Position numbers and translations under genes: made by a program. The notes below the pieces were generated by a model, which ran no database searches, was not told the DNA's origin, and saw nothing but the letters and a program-made list of their open reading frames with translations. A DNA stretch of 63,997 bases, counting the filler, from Stramenopiles sp. TOSAG23-6 (Eukaryota), in the NCBI GenBank assembly GCA_900128565.1. It is 13 parts of 13 records of this genome, joined end to end, with 100 filler letters (N's around TTAATTAATTAA, not from the genome) between each part and the next. Parts side by side here need not be neighbours in the genome. Positions count along the whole stretch, not along the records: positions 44,575 to 49,415 come from LT637040.1; positions 49,516 to 54,355 come from LT637041.1; positions 54,456 to 59,295 come from LT637042.1; 10 more parts are not named here. One strand, written 5' to 3'. Positions 45,295-58,749 of the stretch are shown piece by piece; position 1 is the stretch's first letter, and each line of letters opens with the position of its first letter.

Positions 45295-48200
45295 TTATAT
45301 ATACACAAATACATTTGGAGAAATTCCATTTGGAATTGGACCAGATAGATTGTTGTCTTTCAAGATCACGTTTTGGAGCTTTGTAAGTCGTAGAATTTCC
45401 TTTGGTATTGAGCCAGATAGTGTGTTGTTGCCCAAATGCAATTTAACGAGATTTGTTAGTTGACCAATTTCTTTTGGAATTGAACCAGATAGTTCGTTTC
45501 CCGACAAGTACAATCTTGTAAGATTCGTTAGTTGACCAATTTCCGTTGGAATTGGACCAGATAATTTGTTGCCATTCAAGTACAAATATTCGAGATTTGT
45601 TAGTTGACCAATTTCACTTGGTATTGGACCAAATAGTCTGTTGTTTGACAAGTACAAAGTAGTGAGTTTTGTTAATTGACCAATTTCCTTTGGTATTGGA
45701 CCAGTTAGTTTGTTCATTGACAAGTTCAATTCAATAACACTTCCTTCTTTATTACACTTGACTCCTTGCCATTTACAAATATCTGGATCTTTTATCCAAT
45801 TATCTTTACGATTCCAATTGATTCCATCATTATTATCATACAATACAGTTAAAGCATGTTTGTCCAATAACTCGCGATAAATACCTTCTACACGTTGTAA
45901 CCATTGGGTTGATGACTCCTCTGGTATTTTTTTATTGACTGATTTAATATCTGCATTTGCATCTAGAGATTTAATCAGTTTTATCACATTTTTAGATATA
46001 ACACGTGCGCGGCTGCCAAATTCAGCGTTACTTACCTCGTTCATCCCACGTGAAACAGGAGCTAAACGAGCTAATTCATCATTAGTTAAATTGGAACCGA
46101 AGCTTGAACTTACGTCGTGCCCTGCTTGTAGTACTTGTTCTACCATAGTTCCTGTACTTTCTCCGTTAGTCGCACCAATACCAATATCGGTATGAATTCT
46201 ATTAATCCCGAATGTTACTCGTGTCCCATCTTTAAAGTGAAAAATAGAAATATTCTCAGTTGCTTCAACTTTCACAACTTTTTTACTGTTTAATTTTTCG
46301 TCTCGAACAATTTTAGGTATGAGTTGATCATTTTTATTACCATGACCAAATTGACCATAAGTTCCATCTCCCCATGTGTATACATCACCATTTTCAAGTA
46401 ATACAACAGTGTGTTTATAACCAGCTGATATCTGCTTTACTTTTTTATCTTTTAATTCTTGAACAAGTGTAGGTATGAGTTGATCTTTGGTATCACCATG
46501 ACCAAGTTGACCATTATATCCACTTCCCCATGTGTATACATCACCATTATCTAATAATGCAACAGTGTGAAAAGAACCAACTGATATTTGTTTTACTTTT
46601 TTACCTTTTAATCCTTTTATAAGTTTAAATGTTTTTTGATAAGTTCTATTACCATGACCAAGTTGACCATTAGATCCATCTCCCCATGTGTATACATCAC
46701 CATTTTCAAGTAATACAACAATGTGTCGAGGTCGAGTAAACATGTATTTTGGAAAAATATTTCAAAAAAAAAACTTTAATTTGTTAGGTACAATTTTTTT
46801 TTACCAAAAAAAAAGGAAAAGTTCCTACAAAAAAAATAAAAAATAAATAAAAGTAAAACATACATCTGCTTCACTTTTGTATTTCCAAATTCTTCAACAA
46901 TCCTAGGAAGAAGTTGATTTCGATTATCTAAAGGACCATAATATGCCCATATGTATACAGTACCATTCTGAAGAAATGCAACACAATAGAGAGTATGACA
47001 AAACATTTTTCCTTTTTCAGATGTATATGTCATTTTTTTATCAATACCTGTTGCTTGATGTTTTTTATCAATAACTGTTGCCGAAGTGGCGGCCATACTT
47101 CTATACGTTGCTGAAGTGGCGGCCATACTTCTATACGTTGTTGGACTTGATATTGCTGAAGAGGCGGCCATACTTCTATACTTTGTTGGACTTGATATAT
47201 ATGTATAAGTAGATGATCTGTTTAGTAATGGTTGAAATAATTTTGAAATTGCTGTACTTTGTATTCTTGTATTCCAATCTGGTACTGTCTCAGCTTTTTG
47301 TTGTTCCCAAAATTGTTTTGATTTCATTTCAGGAGAAATATAATTCAAATAATTATATCTAAATGATACAATTAAAGAAAGTAATGGCAAAATAATACGG
47401 GATTGTAATTTTTGTGCTTCAACTTGTGCTTCAACTAGTGTCCTATAGGGTTCTTTTGGAGAATCCAGATATCTGATTATAGAGGCTGGAGGTTTTCTTC
47501 GTGAAATATTTTCCATATTTTGTGTATTCCTTTTTCCAGATGATGATATATTCGATGGAAACAAAGATGGCTTTTGAATATTTGCCGCCGCCGCAGCTCG
47601 AGCTGCCCCTGATGTGGGTGTGGTAGTGCTCCCCTTCGCCACAGCTGTCCCTGTTGTCATAATAGCTATCGTCGTTGCCGCCATTTTGTTAAATTCATCA
47701 AAAGTAGACGGTTTCAAAACTTTAGGTGAAACTCTGCGGAAACTACCGCGTGGTTTCAAAGATAATGGTAAAATGTTATGACGTATGGTCGGTGCCGCCA
47801 CAGCTGCTCCTGCTGCCGTTGCCGCCGTTGCCGCCGCAGCTGCCCGTGTCAGCACCATTTTGGGGAATTTCTTGTGTACATTTGTTTGTAAAGATTTGCC
47901 TAATGGATTTTTGAGAGCTTGTTTTCGAAGAGGCTGAACTATTGTATCATCCTTATTTTTTACAGTACTATTTAATGGGGATTCATCTCTATCATTAGTC
48001 TGAATGATATTTGCACCAGCAGCAACAAGCAATTGAACTATTTTTTCATGTCCATTCTTTGAAGCAATAAGCAATGCAGTTTCTCCGTCTTCATCAGCCA
48101 GATTGACATCAGCACCAGCAGCGATAAGTCGTTCAACTATATCTTCATTACCATTCTCTGAAGCATGATACAATGCAGTTTCTCCGTATTCATCAAGATG

Positions 48201-49223
48201 ATTGACATCAGCACCAGCAGCAATTAGTTTTTCAACTACTTCTTCATGACCTTCCCATGAAGCAATATACAATGGGGTGGCACCGCTTTTGTTAGCCTTG
48301 TTGACATCAGCACGAGCAGCAATTAGTTGTTGAACTACATCCCAATAACCTTTATATGAAGCAATATACAATGGGGTTCTTGTGTATTTATCAGCCTTAT
48401 TAACATCAATTCCCTCTGCATCAAGAAGTAATTCAATTACTCCTTTATGACCAAACTTTGAAGCAATATACAATGGCGTAAATCCGGTCAATGGTCCACT
48501 TGTCGCAACCTGATTGACATTTGCACCTTTTTTGATAAGTAGTTCAACTACTTCTTCATGACCTTTCTGTGAAGCAATCATCAATGGTTCATCTCCATTG
48601 ATATACGCTTTATCTATTGCAATCTCTTGAAGTTTGGCAGCAGCGGCTGCTTCTTTTTTACGTTTCTTCAACTCTGAACGGGCAAACTTTGCACGTAAAG
48701 CATTCGCAATGGTTGTTGCTGCTGCTTCTTTTTTAATGGTTGTTGCTGCTGCTGCTTCTTCTACTGCTTTTTCTGCGTTATGAAACATCATTGCTGCATC
48801 ACTATTAACTCCACTATAGTCATATGTTTTTGCAATTTCTTCTGCTTTTTTAGCTGCTGCTGCTTCTTCTGCTTTTTCTGCGTTATGAAACATCACTGCT
48901 GCATCACTATTAACTCCACTATAGTCATATGTTATTGCTTCTTTTTTACCACCTGTATTTTTACCACCTGTATTTTTACCACCTGTATTTGTACCACCTC
49001 TTGGATTATCACCTGTATTTGCATTATTACCTGTTGCATTATCTATTGGATTTTCATCTTGAGAAGGTTTATATTCTGTATCAAACTTTGTAGGAAATTT
49101 TTCTATATAAATAGAAACATTATTTTTAATCATTGACATTTTCAATAATTTTTCCATTTCTTTTGTTGTTGTTTTTTCATACGTTTTTCGTGTTTTGATA
49201 ATCATTAGAAAAAAATATTTCAT
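45295..49223 (-). CDS. Ankyrin + RCC1 + LRR multidomain protein; GT-AT intron 46742-46863; 5' end uncertain
   Basis: About 7 ANK repeats, RCC1 repeats (VYTWG..GQLGHG) and LxxLxLxxNxLSGxIP repeats; the join KVKQM|FTRPRHIV keeps the RCC1 register. Confidence 0.8.
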
Positions 49224-49571
49224 TTTTTCTTCTTCAAAAATACATTTTTCAAGTATACATTCATCTATTAGAGATCCGTTTGTATATATTGTAAAGACAT
49301 ATATAAATATATATATATATATTTTTAGTACAAAAAAAATTCTATGAAAAAAAAAAAAAAAAAAAAAAATTTTTTAAAAAAAAAAAAAAAAATTTTTTAA
49401 AAAAATTTTTAAAAANNNNNNNNNNNNNNNNNNNNNNNNNNNNNNNNNNNNNNNNNNNNTTAATTAATTAANNNNNNNNNNNNNNNNNNNNNNNNNNNNN
49501 NNNNNNNNNNNNNNNTAGGTACAAAATTTCGTACGAAAAAAAAATTGGAATTTGAAAAAAAATAAAACATA

Positions 49572-50195
49572 CATTCCAGTGTCATCAAAAAATGATATCT
49601 TGATATTATCCATGGCAGCCCGGCAGCATCGCTTAAATTGGGTGTTTTTATGATCTAAAGTTTTCAGCTGTACTTGTCCACTTGTTTCATTCTCTAAATG
49701 TAATGCAAATAACTTCAGCTTCACTTGCGCTTTTACCTGACTCATTGACAAAGCATACGAATTTTCTTCCCACGCTAATAGTTCACTCTGCATCTGCTTC
49801 ACTCTATTCAACACAGCATATGCTCTAAGAGTTAATGCAATAATTCTCCGTTCTAGTGATATTCTTAATTCACTGGATCGTTGTTTATATTGAACAAATG
49901 AATTTTCAACTTCACTCCTTTCAGAAATTCCTAGTGTAATGTTCTGAGCAGTTTTGAGGCTATCCTGAAGTACTTTAATACGTAACTTTCGTACTAATCG
50001 TCTCTTTGAAGCCAATTCTTTGATATGAGACGACAAACCTCCTACATGCTTTGAAATAACTGAGATATCTGTGGTTATTTTCAAAAAATTGAAAAGAGTA
50101 GGACCAATAGCTTTGGCGAAATCGCTTTTCATATCTTCTCCAACTCCACTTGCCTGGTCAAGCTTTAGCTCTGCAAATGTTTGCGGAAAAAGCAT
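49572..50195 (-). CDS. Hypothetical coiled-coil protein, truncated at an intron
   Basis: ORF ending at the donor AT|GTATGT. Confidence 0.55.
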
Positions 50196-50492
50196 CGCTA
50201 AGCAGCAATTCTTAAGTCAAATTCTAGGCATCGTATATATAATGTTTCGACTATTTAGTATTTATTCAGAGGTTTCATCTGAAGATCATCTTGAAGATAA
50301 AGATTTTCAAGATATTTTAATGAAATTTGTATCGAAGAAAAATTTTTTCTGGGACGAATGGAACAAACCTGCTTTTTATTAGTATTAGTGTATTATGACG
50401 TCATTTCAAAGTAGTCAGTGGGACTACACGATGATGATCAGCATCATCTCTTACTCACACACCTACCTATAGTTAACGTGCATCGAAATACA

Positions 50493-51041
50493 ATGAGACC
50501 TCTTACAGATGAAGAGACGATGCTTTTCTTTAAAAAGTTAAATCAGTTTGTTGGAAAGAATATTGAGAAACTCATTAACAGACCGGATGAGATTCCATAT
50601 GTATTTCGCGTCCACAGAGAACGCGTATTTTACATCAGTGAGAGCATGCTTAAACAAGCCACCAGTGTAGGACGCAAACAACTTATGTCATTAGGCACAA
50701 AATTCGGTCGTTTCACACACAAAGGCAACTTTCGTCTTCATATCACATGTCTTGATTACTTGCAACAACTTGCCCTTCACAAAGTATGGGTAAAACCTAG
50801 TGCAGAAATGTCTTTTCTATATGGTAATCATATATCAAAAGCTGGTTTAGGACGAATGACTGAAGCCGTTCCAAAGTATTCTGGGGTAGTAGTGTTAAAT
50901 ATGAGTGGCGTTCCACTTGGTTTTGGTGTCGCAGCTCAATCAACAGAATTTGCACGCGAAATGGATCCAGCCGCGTATGTTGTATTGCATCAGGCAGACG
51001 TAGGAGAATATCTTAGAGATGAGACTGCTGCGGCAATGTAA
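50493..51041 (+). CDS. NIP7: 60S biogenesis factor NIP7
   Basis: MRPLTDEET, FRLHITCLD, FLYGNHI, HQADVGEYLRDE. Confidence 0.96.
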   Translation: MRPLTDEETMLFFKKLNQFVGKNIEKLINRPDEIPYVFRVHRERVFYISESMLKQATSVGRKQLMSLGTKFGRFTHKGNFRLHITCLDYLQQLALHKVWVKPSAEMSFLYGNHISKAGLGRMTEAVPKYSGVVVLNMSGVPLGFGVAAQSTEFAREMDPAAYVVLHQADVGEYLRDETAAAM

Positions 51042-51555
51042 ATATCCTTTTATTTTTCTTTCAACAGTTATCACTGAATACGTATGACTATTTATAAACG
51101 TATTAGACAAAAACTTTTATTTATTGTACTTTTAATAGTAGTATTTTGGTGTAACATATGCATCTAATAGAGCCAAGTCATCGTTGTTACTCAAGTTCAC
51201 TCCAAATTCAATTCAACTTATTGCTTTTATGTCGAATATCGGAGTCTATTTTGTTTGTTTATTTTGACAAAATTTACGTAGAAAATTTAAACAGTAGAAA
51301 AACCTCAGTAAACATTTGTGAATGTCCATATTATTTAACAAGTGAGAAGGAACTATGGCAAACAAAAAAAAACAACCTTTACATTTAGAAAATATAAAAG
51401 TTAAGTAGATGAATTCTCACCATTTTAGACTTTTTCAAAAATTTTCAATAGTTTATTTTAGATGTAGATTTGAAATCAAATGGAAATTGATTAACAATTT
51501 TCCTTATTTTTATACTATGTTCGGATTATGTTCACAATTATATTTATAAATATCA

Positions 51556-52089
51556 TTAACTCACAACAATTACTGTTTTGGATCCTGGGGAATTGTTGTT
51601 CGGCAAAGTCGGCAAAGTCACTGGGGTGGTTTCGTGTCGTAGAAGTGTTGTACTTGGTATTGCTGAAGTAGCTATAACTGGTTGTTCAGCTGGGAGAAGT
51701 ACTTCAGTGGGTGGAATTGATGTTAACAAATGGGGAGGATGTAAGAAATCTGACGGTGTCATTTGGTACGTGTTCATCCAGTTATGAGGAAGCGGCATTG
51801 CGTTATATCCCAGGTTATATCCTCCCGGTGCAAGTGGTGGAATAAAACCTCCCCCGCCCAGTAAAGGGGGAAACCATTTAGCGGGATGTCCATCGGGTAT
51901 TTTTTTCATCTTCTTTTTCTCCCAATCATATATTAAACCAGGTGGATATGCCAATGGTGGATGGAAACCATACGGCATTCCTCCTAATAAACTGTTTGAC
52001 TGAGTAATAGGTGCCATTGGTACTCCTGGTGGTAGCCAAACGGGACCCTGAACTATAGAAAGTAAAGCAATAAAAATGAGCAAAATCAT
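51556..52089 (-). CDS. Secreted proline-rich protein
   Basis: Signal peptide; P/G-rich. Confidence 0.5.
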   Translation of the reverse strand: MILLIFIALLSIVQGPVWLPPGVPMAPITQSNSLLGGMPYGFHPPLAYPPGLIYDWEKKKMKKIPDGHPAKWFPPLLGGGGFIPPLAPGGYNLGYNAMPLPHNWMNTYQMTPSDFLHPPHLLTSIPPTEVLLPAEQPVIATSAIPSTTLLRHETTPVTLPTLPNNNSPGSKTVIVVS

Positions 52090-52475
52090 TTAGCCATCCA
52101 AGAATTTTGTTATTCGTCTATGTAACCAACAAGTATGATAATAGGTTAATGAATTAAATCACGCTTGAAACTACTTTTAGTAATTATTTAGTTATTGTAG
52201 AGCTAGTTAGTAGCTCTATCCTCTACTATACTATTGTAGTAGTAGTAGCTAGATAAAAAAAAAAGGAAAAACGTATCCAGAAAATTCGAATTCTGTTCCT
52301 ATTAATCCCGAAGACACTGGATTTCGTGTGCATACGTTATGCGCCATCTAGCCTAGGTACTTACGTTAGTATTTTACCACCTACAGTATACAGAGAGTAG
52401 TAGCTCTCTTTTCATTCTTCATTAAGTTTATTTTTCTAGTATTAGTAAAGATCTCTTAAAATTGATTGGAAACCA

Positions 52476-53321
52476 ATGGCATATAACCTTAACAATTGTA
52501 CGCCTCAGTGTGCTACTGTAGTAGCCTTATTATTTTTCTCTTATTGCGTGCCCAATTTTGGTGCTAGTAATTATTTTCGTGGAGTGCGCGGTGATGATGA
52601 CTCCAAGGCTGCTGATTTACGTGGTGCAGCATTTTACCCCTACGACACCTACTCCAACTACTCCCGTCAAAGGTCTCAATTGAATGACAAAGAAATCCCC
52701 ACAAATCAGAGAGATCCTCGATGGAATGACCGAAAAGAATCGCTTGATTTAATCAAACAGCATCCAAATTTATTTTCGATGGTGTCGCCTGAGTTGAGGC
52801 TTGATGCCAAGTTTGTTGAAGCAGCAATACACGCAACTAAGGGTAAAGTCATCGACGACGACGGAACGTTTGATACACTCTTTAAACGCGGAGAAGTCAT
52901 CGTCAATAAAAACGTCGCAAAAGCTATTGTTTTGTACATTCCTCCTCTTATTCATTCGACGTTAATCGCCGAAGATTTTCTGAAAGATCCAGAATTTATT
53001 GAAGAATGTCTTAGAGCAAATTATCTGGGCGAAGGAATTGAAGGATCTCCTTACAACGATGCACTGCTGGGTCTCCCAGTTGATTTCAATAACAAATTTA
53101 TCTTCGATTACGCTAAAGAGGAAGCTGAAGAAAAAGTAAAAAATGATCAAAAACTTTTTCTGGACCTCATTGACCGCCATGGTTTTGGTATGTCATGGTA
53201 TGCTTCTGATAAATTAAAAAAAAACGCTGCTTTTATCGAAAAAGTTCTGAGGAAAATTCCAGAAGAACGTCTTGAAAGTGCAAAGCAGCGATTCAAATAT
53301 CTTAACATTCCCAGGAGGTGA
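52476..53321 (+). CDS. Secreted/membrane protein with DUF4116-like repeats
   Basis: VSPELRLDAKFVEAAI, ASDKLKKNAAFI. Confidence 0.55.
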   Translation: MAYNLNNCTPQCATVVALLFFSYCVPNFGASNYFRGVRGDDDSKAADLRGAAFYPYDTYSNYSRQRSQLNDKEIPTNQRDPRWNDRKESLDLIKQHPNLFSMVSPELRLDAKFVEAAIHATKGKVIDDDGTFDTLFKRGEVIVNKNVAKAIVLYIPPLIHSTLIAEDFLKDPEFIEECLRANYLGEGIEGSPYNDALLGLPVDFNNKFIFDYAKEEAEEKVKNDQKLFLDLIDRHGFGMSWYASDKLKKNAAFIEKVLRKIPEERLESAKQRFKYLNIPRR

Positions 53322-53569
53322 AGAGACCGGGAAGAAAGAGACTGGGTGAAAAGACTGAAACTGAAAAGAGTGTTTTTTACAAATTATATTATTTTTATCG
53401 ATTTTTCGAGATTTTTTTAATTTAATTTCAAGAATGGAATGCAAATGAAATAAATGAAATAATCGAAATTGATGGCCAACCAAACTATCCGTTTTTTTCG
53501 TACAAGCTGGCCATCCGAAGGTTAAATTTCTGAAATTCCAATTTTACAGTTGACTTTTTATTTGTAAAA

Positions 53570-54304
53570 ATGTCAAATGAATTAACCACTAGTAATGACG
53601 ATACATTGCTTGACTCTGATAATGATAAGGATGATTTTTTCCGCATATATTGCTCGCCAGCAATGACACAAAAACAGGTATTATTAATGATGGTCTTTGC
53701 ATATTTTGCAGGATACTTCAATGTATCACACTCGTCTTTTTTCTTGTTATTTTGTTTTTGGGGTTATAGTATATATATTCAAGTAGTTAGTACCAAGGAA
53801 ATGAAACAAATGAGTTACACTCTTTACCTAGATAGAAATAAGAAAATGAGTCGAGTGCTTTCAAAGAAGCCTACGTGGATTGTTGATGGAACTTATAAAT
53901 CATATAGCACAGTGCCAAGCTGGTGTGGGAGTGGTGTTCGGTCAAATAAAGCAGGTGATTCATCGTATGATACAGCACAGTGGTTGAATACATTTTTAAA
54001 GGGTCACTGGCCTGAATGGTCTGAAGCCATTGAAAATACTGTCAAGGTAGGAATTGACTCGTCCATGGAACTTTATAAACCTAAAGCTCTCCGGCGTCTC
54101 ATCACTACGTCATGTCAACTAAAAGAATTACAACCGCTCATTCAGCATATACATACATGGTCTACTGACGAAATTACAAAACACAATGAAAATGAAGCTG
54201 ATGAGTCAAAATGGTTAGACCCTGAGAAAACGACACTTGATATTAAATTAACTGTCGGTTCGGGTACAAAAGTTTCAGATTCAGCTTTGGTCATTACTGC
54301 ATAT
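53570..54304 (+). CDS. Extended-synaptotagmin/SMP-domain protein N-terminus
   Basis: TM hairpin, then PSW ... AQWLNTFLKGHWP. Confidence 0.65.
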
Positions 54305-54505
54305 GTATGTTTTATTTTTTTTCAAATTCGATTTTTTTTTCGTACGAAATTTTGTNNNNNNNNNNNNNNNNNNNNNNNNNNNNNNNNNNNNNNNNNNNNT
54401 TAATTAATTAANNNNNNNNNNNNNNNNNNNNNNNNNNNNNNNNNNNNNNNNNNNNAAAAATGAAAATGTTTCTCCCCAACAACAACGTAAAAAAAAAAAA
54501 AAACC

Positions 54506-54537
<32 letters not shown>

Positions 54538-55384
54538 TGAAATTTTCAAAATGTGGCGCGTTTTTGTAGCGAAACTCCTCTTCATAAAAAAAACAGGTTT
54601 GTGACTCTTTTTTTTTTTCTCATTCGCTTAAAAAAACATCATCCAATTTGTGAAGTATTCATTATATATATAATAGATACAATGTGTCATATATATATAT
54701 ATTATATATATATATATAGATCTTATGGTAGTGTAGAATAAAATTGGCTCTAATGAATGAGCAGTGTTGTACACAGTGTGAGATTCCGTACCATTTTTTC
54801 GTACTTATTACATCATATCTATTCACAAATTTTTAATTTTTAATTTTAAAAAATTTGTTCAAAATTCATGGTTGGTGGTATACATTTATTTAGGATCAGA
54901 TCGATTTAAAGTGATTAATGAAAGTGCGCGATTTGTTATAGACAAGTATGGATTTTAAATATAAAAAAATAAAAACATTTTTTTTTTCTTTTTTTTGATT
55001 TTCAATATGAAAAAAATAAAAACATTTTTTTTTGTTGTTCGAATCAAAAACAAATAATTTCAAGATATTTCATTTTATACTTAATCAAGTCAATGTGTAC
55101 TCGTAAAAACCCGTAGGAAAGGATAATAGTTTTGTAAATTGATGACCATCAAACTATTTCATCCATTGAGTATACTAATTAATATAAATTTTCAATATCT
55201 TTTTATATATGGCAACACCACATCAATGAAATTTCTTCATTGGTTCATTACTTCCATATTTATAGCTATTTTTTTTTATTTTTCCCAATTTTTCTATTGT
55301 TTTTTATTTTTCCCAATTTTTCTATTGTTTTTTTATTTTTCCCAATTTTTCTATTGTGTTTATGATCACCCACAAACTCTGGGT

Positions 55385-57088
55385 CTAAGAATCTGGTTTT
55401 ATTCGATCAGCTTTTAGGATTTCCTCCCAATCGACATATGATCTTTGAATTTCTACTGGTATTGTGCGAGACATTTTGTTGTTGTTCCACAAAGTAAATT
55501 TTTTGAGTTTTGTTAGTTTACCAATTTCACTTGGAATTGAGCCAGTTAGTTCATTGTTGTTCAAAAGCAATTCTTTGAGACTTGTTGTTAGTTCACCAAT
55601 TTCCGTTGGTATTGTACCAGTTAGTTTGTTATATGCCAAGTCCAAAACTTCAACCTTTTTTAGTTGACCAATTTCCGATGGAATTGAGCCAGATAGTTCA
55701 TTGTTGTGCAAAAAGTTCAACCATATGAGCTTTGTTAGTTGACCAATTTCTTTTGGAATCGTACCACTTAGTTTGTTGTATGACAAGTTCAATTCTTCGA
55801 GTTTTTCTAGTTGGTCAATTGTTATTGGAATTGAGCCTTCTAGTTTGTTGTATTGCAAATTCAAAGCTTCGAGAGTTTTTTTTAGTTTACCAATTTCACT
55901 TGGTATTGTACCAGTTAGTTTGTTAAATGCCAAGTACAAAACATCAACCTTTTCTAGTTGACCAATTTCACTTGGTATTTCATCAGATAGTTTGTTATTA
56001 TACAACAACAATTCTTCGAGTTTTTTTAGTTTGCCAATTTCTTTTGGAATCGTACCAGATAGTTTGTTATGAAACAAATACAATCCTTTGAGATTTGTTA
56101 GTAGACCAATTTCCGTTGGAATCGTACCAGATATTAATTGTCTTTTCTCTGATCCTGAACCTAGGTTTGACAAGTCCAAATATTCGAGATTTGTTAGTTG
56201 ACCAATTTCCGTTGGAATGTTACCAGTTAGATTGTTTTCTGGCAATTTCAATTCAGTAACACTTCCGTCTTCATTACATTTGACTTTATACCACTCGCAA
56301 AAATCATCTTCAATATTCCAATACATTTTCCGTGACGGAAAATTATACGACGACGACCACCATGATTGTCCGTTGGTTGCATCATAGAATTTTTTTAAAG
56401 CTTTTCTTTCTTTTGCTTTTGCTGCTTCTGCTGCATCTAGCCGTTTCGTTCTTTTTTTTCCTTCTGCTGCTGCTTCTTTGGCTACTTTTAGTCGTATTGC
56501 GGCCCGTTTTTCGTCAGCTTTATTGTTTGTCTCTCGAATTGCTGCTTGACGCATTCTTTCTATTGCTACTGTTGCTGCTTCTCCGGCTACCATTTTTGCT
56601 TCTGCTACTGCTGCTACTCTAGAAACACCAGAATGATGATGATGATCATCATCATCATCATCACCAAAAAAATCATCATCATCATCACCAAAAAGATCAT
56701 CCTCATCGTCAAATAGATAAATTGGATCCATGGATAAGATACACTTGTTTTCTGGACTTGTTGTTTTATGTGAACAAAAAGTGGTACCTTCAAAGTCTTC
56801 CTCAGTTTCACATTGAGTCCATTTTTCATGAACACAACACCAACATGTTTTATCCAAACTAATCGTATCTTCGTTACGGTAGCATGGGCGGGGCGAATTA
56901 CATTCTTTGCCGTAATCTACTGGGCAGCCGTCTTGATCGTCCGGGTCAACCATATTTGGGTACTTTGCGTTAAACCCTTGGTGTTCGTCAGAACATTTCC
57001 CACAAAATTCATTCGCATTACTACTCCACAACCGACACAAAAGAATGAATAACGTAATGACAACAACGTCCTGTTGCAATTTCATCAT
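55385..57088 (-). CDS. Secreted LRR protein (Cys-rich N-terminus, LRRNT cap, plant-type LRRs)
   Basis: ALKKFYDATNG..W, CEWYKVKC, about 11 repeats of NKLSGTIP.EIG.L. Confidence 0.88.
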   Translation of the reverse strand: MMKLQQDVVVITLFILLCRLWSSNANEFCGKCSDEHQGFNAKYPNMVDPDDQDGCPVDYGKECNSPRPCYRNEDTISLDKTCWCCVHEKWTQCETEEDFEGTTFCSHKTTSPENKCILSMDPIYLFDDEDDLFGDDDDDFFGDDDDDDHHHHSGVSRVAAVAEAKMVAGEAATVAIERMRQAAIRETNNKADEKRAAIRLKVAKEAAAEGKKRTKRLDAAEAAKAKERKALKKFYDATNGQSWWSSSYNFPSRKMYWNIEDDFCEWYKVKCNEDGSVTELKLPENNLTGNIPTEIGQLTNLEYLDLSNLGSGSEKRQLISGTIPTEIGLLTNLKGLYLFHNKLSGTIPKEIGKLKKLEELLLYNNKLSDEIPSEIGQLEKVDVLYLAFNKLTGTIPSEIGKLKKTLEALNLQYNKLEGSIPITIDQLEKLEELNLSYNKLSGTIPKEIGQLTKLIWLNFLHNNELSGSIPSEIGQLKKVEVLDLAYNKLTGTIPTEIGELTTSLKELLLNNNELTGSIPSEIGKLTKLKKFTLWNNNKMSRTIPVEIQRSYVDWEEILKADRIKPDS

Positions 57089-57518
57089 AAATCAATTGAC
57101 GTATTTCCTATCGTTGAATTGATTGAATCTTGAGAGAGAAAAGTAATTTGAGGAGGTGATAAAAATGGAACACCAATCAAATAATATTCTTGTTCACTCA
57201 CAACCAATCAATAAAAAAATTCCGACAATTTTGTTTTTTCACGTTTTTCGTGACATTTCCTCATCATCAAATTAGGTATGAAATATTTCGTACGAATTTC
57301 AATAATTTTCGATATATATCCTATAATTTGTACCAATGGTACTTATACAAAAAAACAAATCATTATACATAAAACTACATAATAACATTGTATCATTATT
57401 TTATCAAAAAATCAACAAAATCTTATTAAAGGATCACTACTTGTACAAAAACACAAAAAAAATCTCCAAAGATTTTTTTGGTACAAAATTTCATACCTAA
57501 AGAGTCAAATTCATTTTT

Positions 57519-58394
57519 TTACCATTTCTTTTCTCTTGGTTTCGAATAATCTATGCGAATTGATCGGCCGAGTAAATCAGTACCATTCAATTTGACAAAT
57601 TCATCAACACCATCAGATGTTGCAAAATCAATAAATCCACAACCTTTAAATTCACCAGATTCACGATCAGTCAACCAACGAATTGATGTGACCTCACCGC
57701 AAGCTTTTGCAAATTCGCGCATCTGATCTTCATCAATGTTAAAACTGAGATTACCCATGAAACATGTTTTACAGTTATCTGGACGTTCAGATAATCCACG
57801 TGGCGCACGAGAACCTCCACCAGATTTTTGTGCACGTGGTTTTGCAGGGTTGATTTTGACTGGGCGACCGCACAAATCTTGTCCCTCTTTAAGGCATGCT
57901 TTTGCTGCTGCAGCAGGAGAATCAAAGGTAAGAAAACCAGAACCAAAGAATTTTCCAGTTTCTTTATCGGTGAGCCAATAAATATCAGTTAATTCACCAC
58001 AATCAGCAAAGAATTCCTTGACAATATCATCATTAATGTCGTAGCTGAGGTTTCCGCAGAATACTTTAGGATTCCCATCCGCAGAAGCGATAGGAGATGG
58101 TTTTTGTACTACAGGTGCTTCAGAAACAACTTCTGGTGTAGCTTCAACTTTTTGCTTCTTAGCAACAGGTTCTTCTGCCGCTGGAGTTTCAGCAGATCGT
58201 TTTGCAGCAGCTTTTGCAGCTTTCTTTGCGGCCTTGCGTGCAGCTTTGCGTGCTGCTTTTGCTTCTGGAGAATTATCTTTTTCTACCTTGACTGGAGCTG
58301 CAGCAGCGCCATTCTTTGCAGCAAGTTTTGCTGCCTTACGTGCAGCTTTACGTGCAGCCTTTGCTTCTGGAGAGTTATCTTTAGTAGCAGCCAT
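57519..58394 (-). CDS. Nucleolin/NSR1-like protein with two RRMs
   Basis: VFCGNLSY and KGCGFIDF RNP motifs; K/A-rich N-terminus. Confidence 0.85.
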   Translation of the reverse strand: MAATKDNSPEAKAARKAARKAAKLAAKNGAAAAPVKVEKDNSPEAKAARKAARKAAKKAAKAAAKRSAETPAAEEPVAKKQKVEATPEVVSEAPVVQKPSPIASADGNPKVFCGNLSYDINDDIVKEFFADCGELTDIYWLTDKETGKFFGSGFLTFDSPAAAAKACLKEGQDLCGRPVKINPAKPRAQKSGGGSRAPRGLSERPDNCKTCFMGNLSFNIDEDQMREFAKACGEVTSIRWLTDRESGEFKGCGFIDFATSDGVDEFVKLNGTDLLGRSIRIDYSKPREKKW

Positions 58395-58749
58395 TATTAT
58401 AGGATATATATATTAGTTTTTGTATATAGAATTATATATATAGAAATCAACCCAGAACAAACGAAAACGATTGTCAGGTCAAAAACGAAATGTTCACTGG
58501 CTCTAAAAGGGCTGAATCAATTTGGAACAAACCTGTTATTTTCACAAATTTGATCGGCAAAATCAGTTACAGAATGTCTCTCAGACTCTCTCTCTCATAT
58601 TTACAAGTATAATACTATAAAGAAAGCATCAAAATACTTTTAAATAGTATTTTCAATCTATTGAATTTGATATATATAAACAAATCCGTCGTATACGCCA
58701 CACAAAGGACCATCGTGATTACCTCTACTTACATACTTGACTATAAAAA

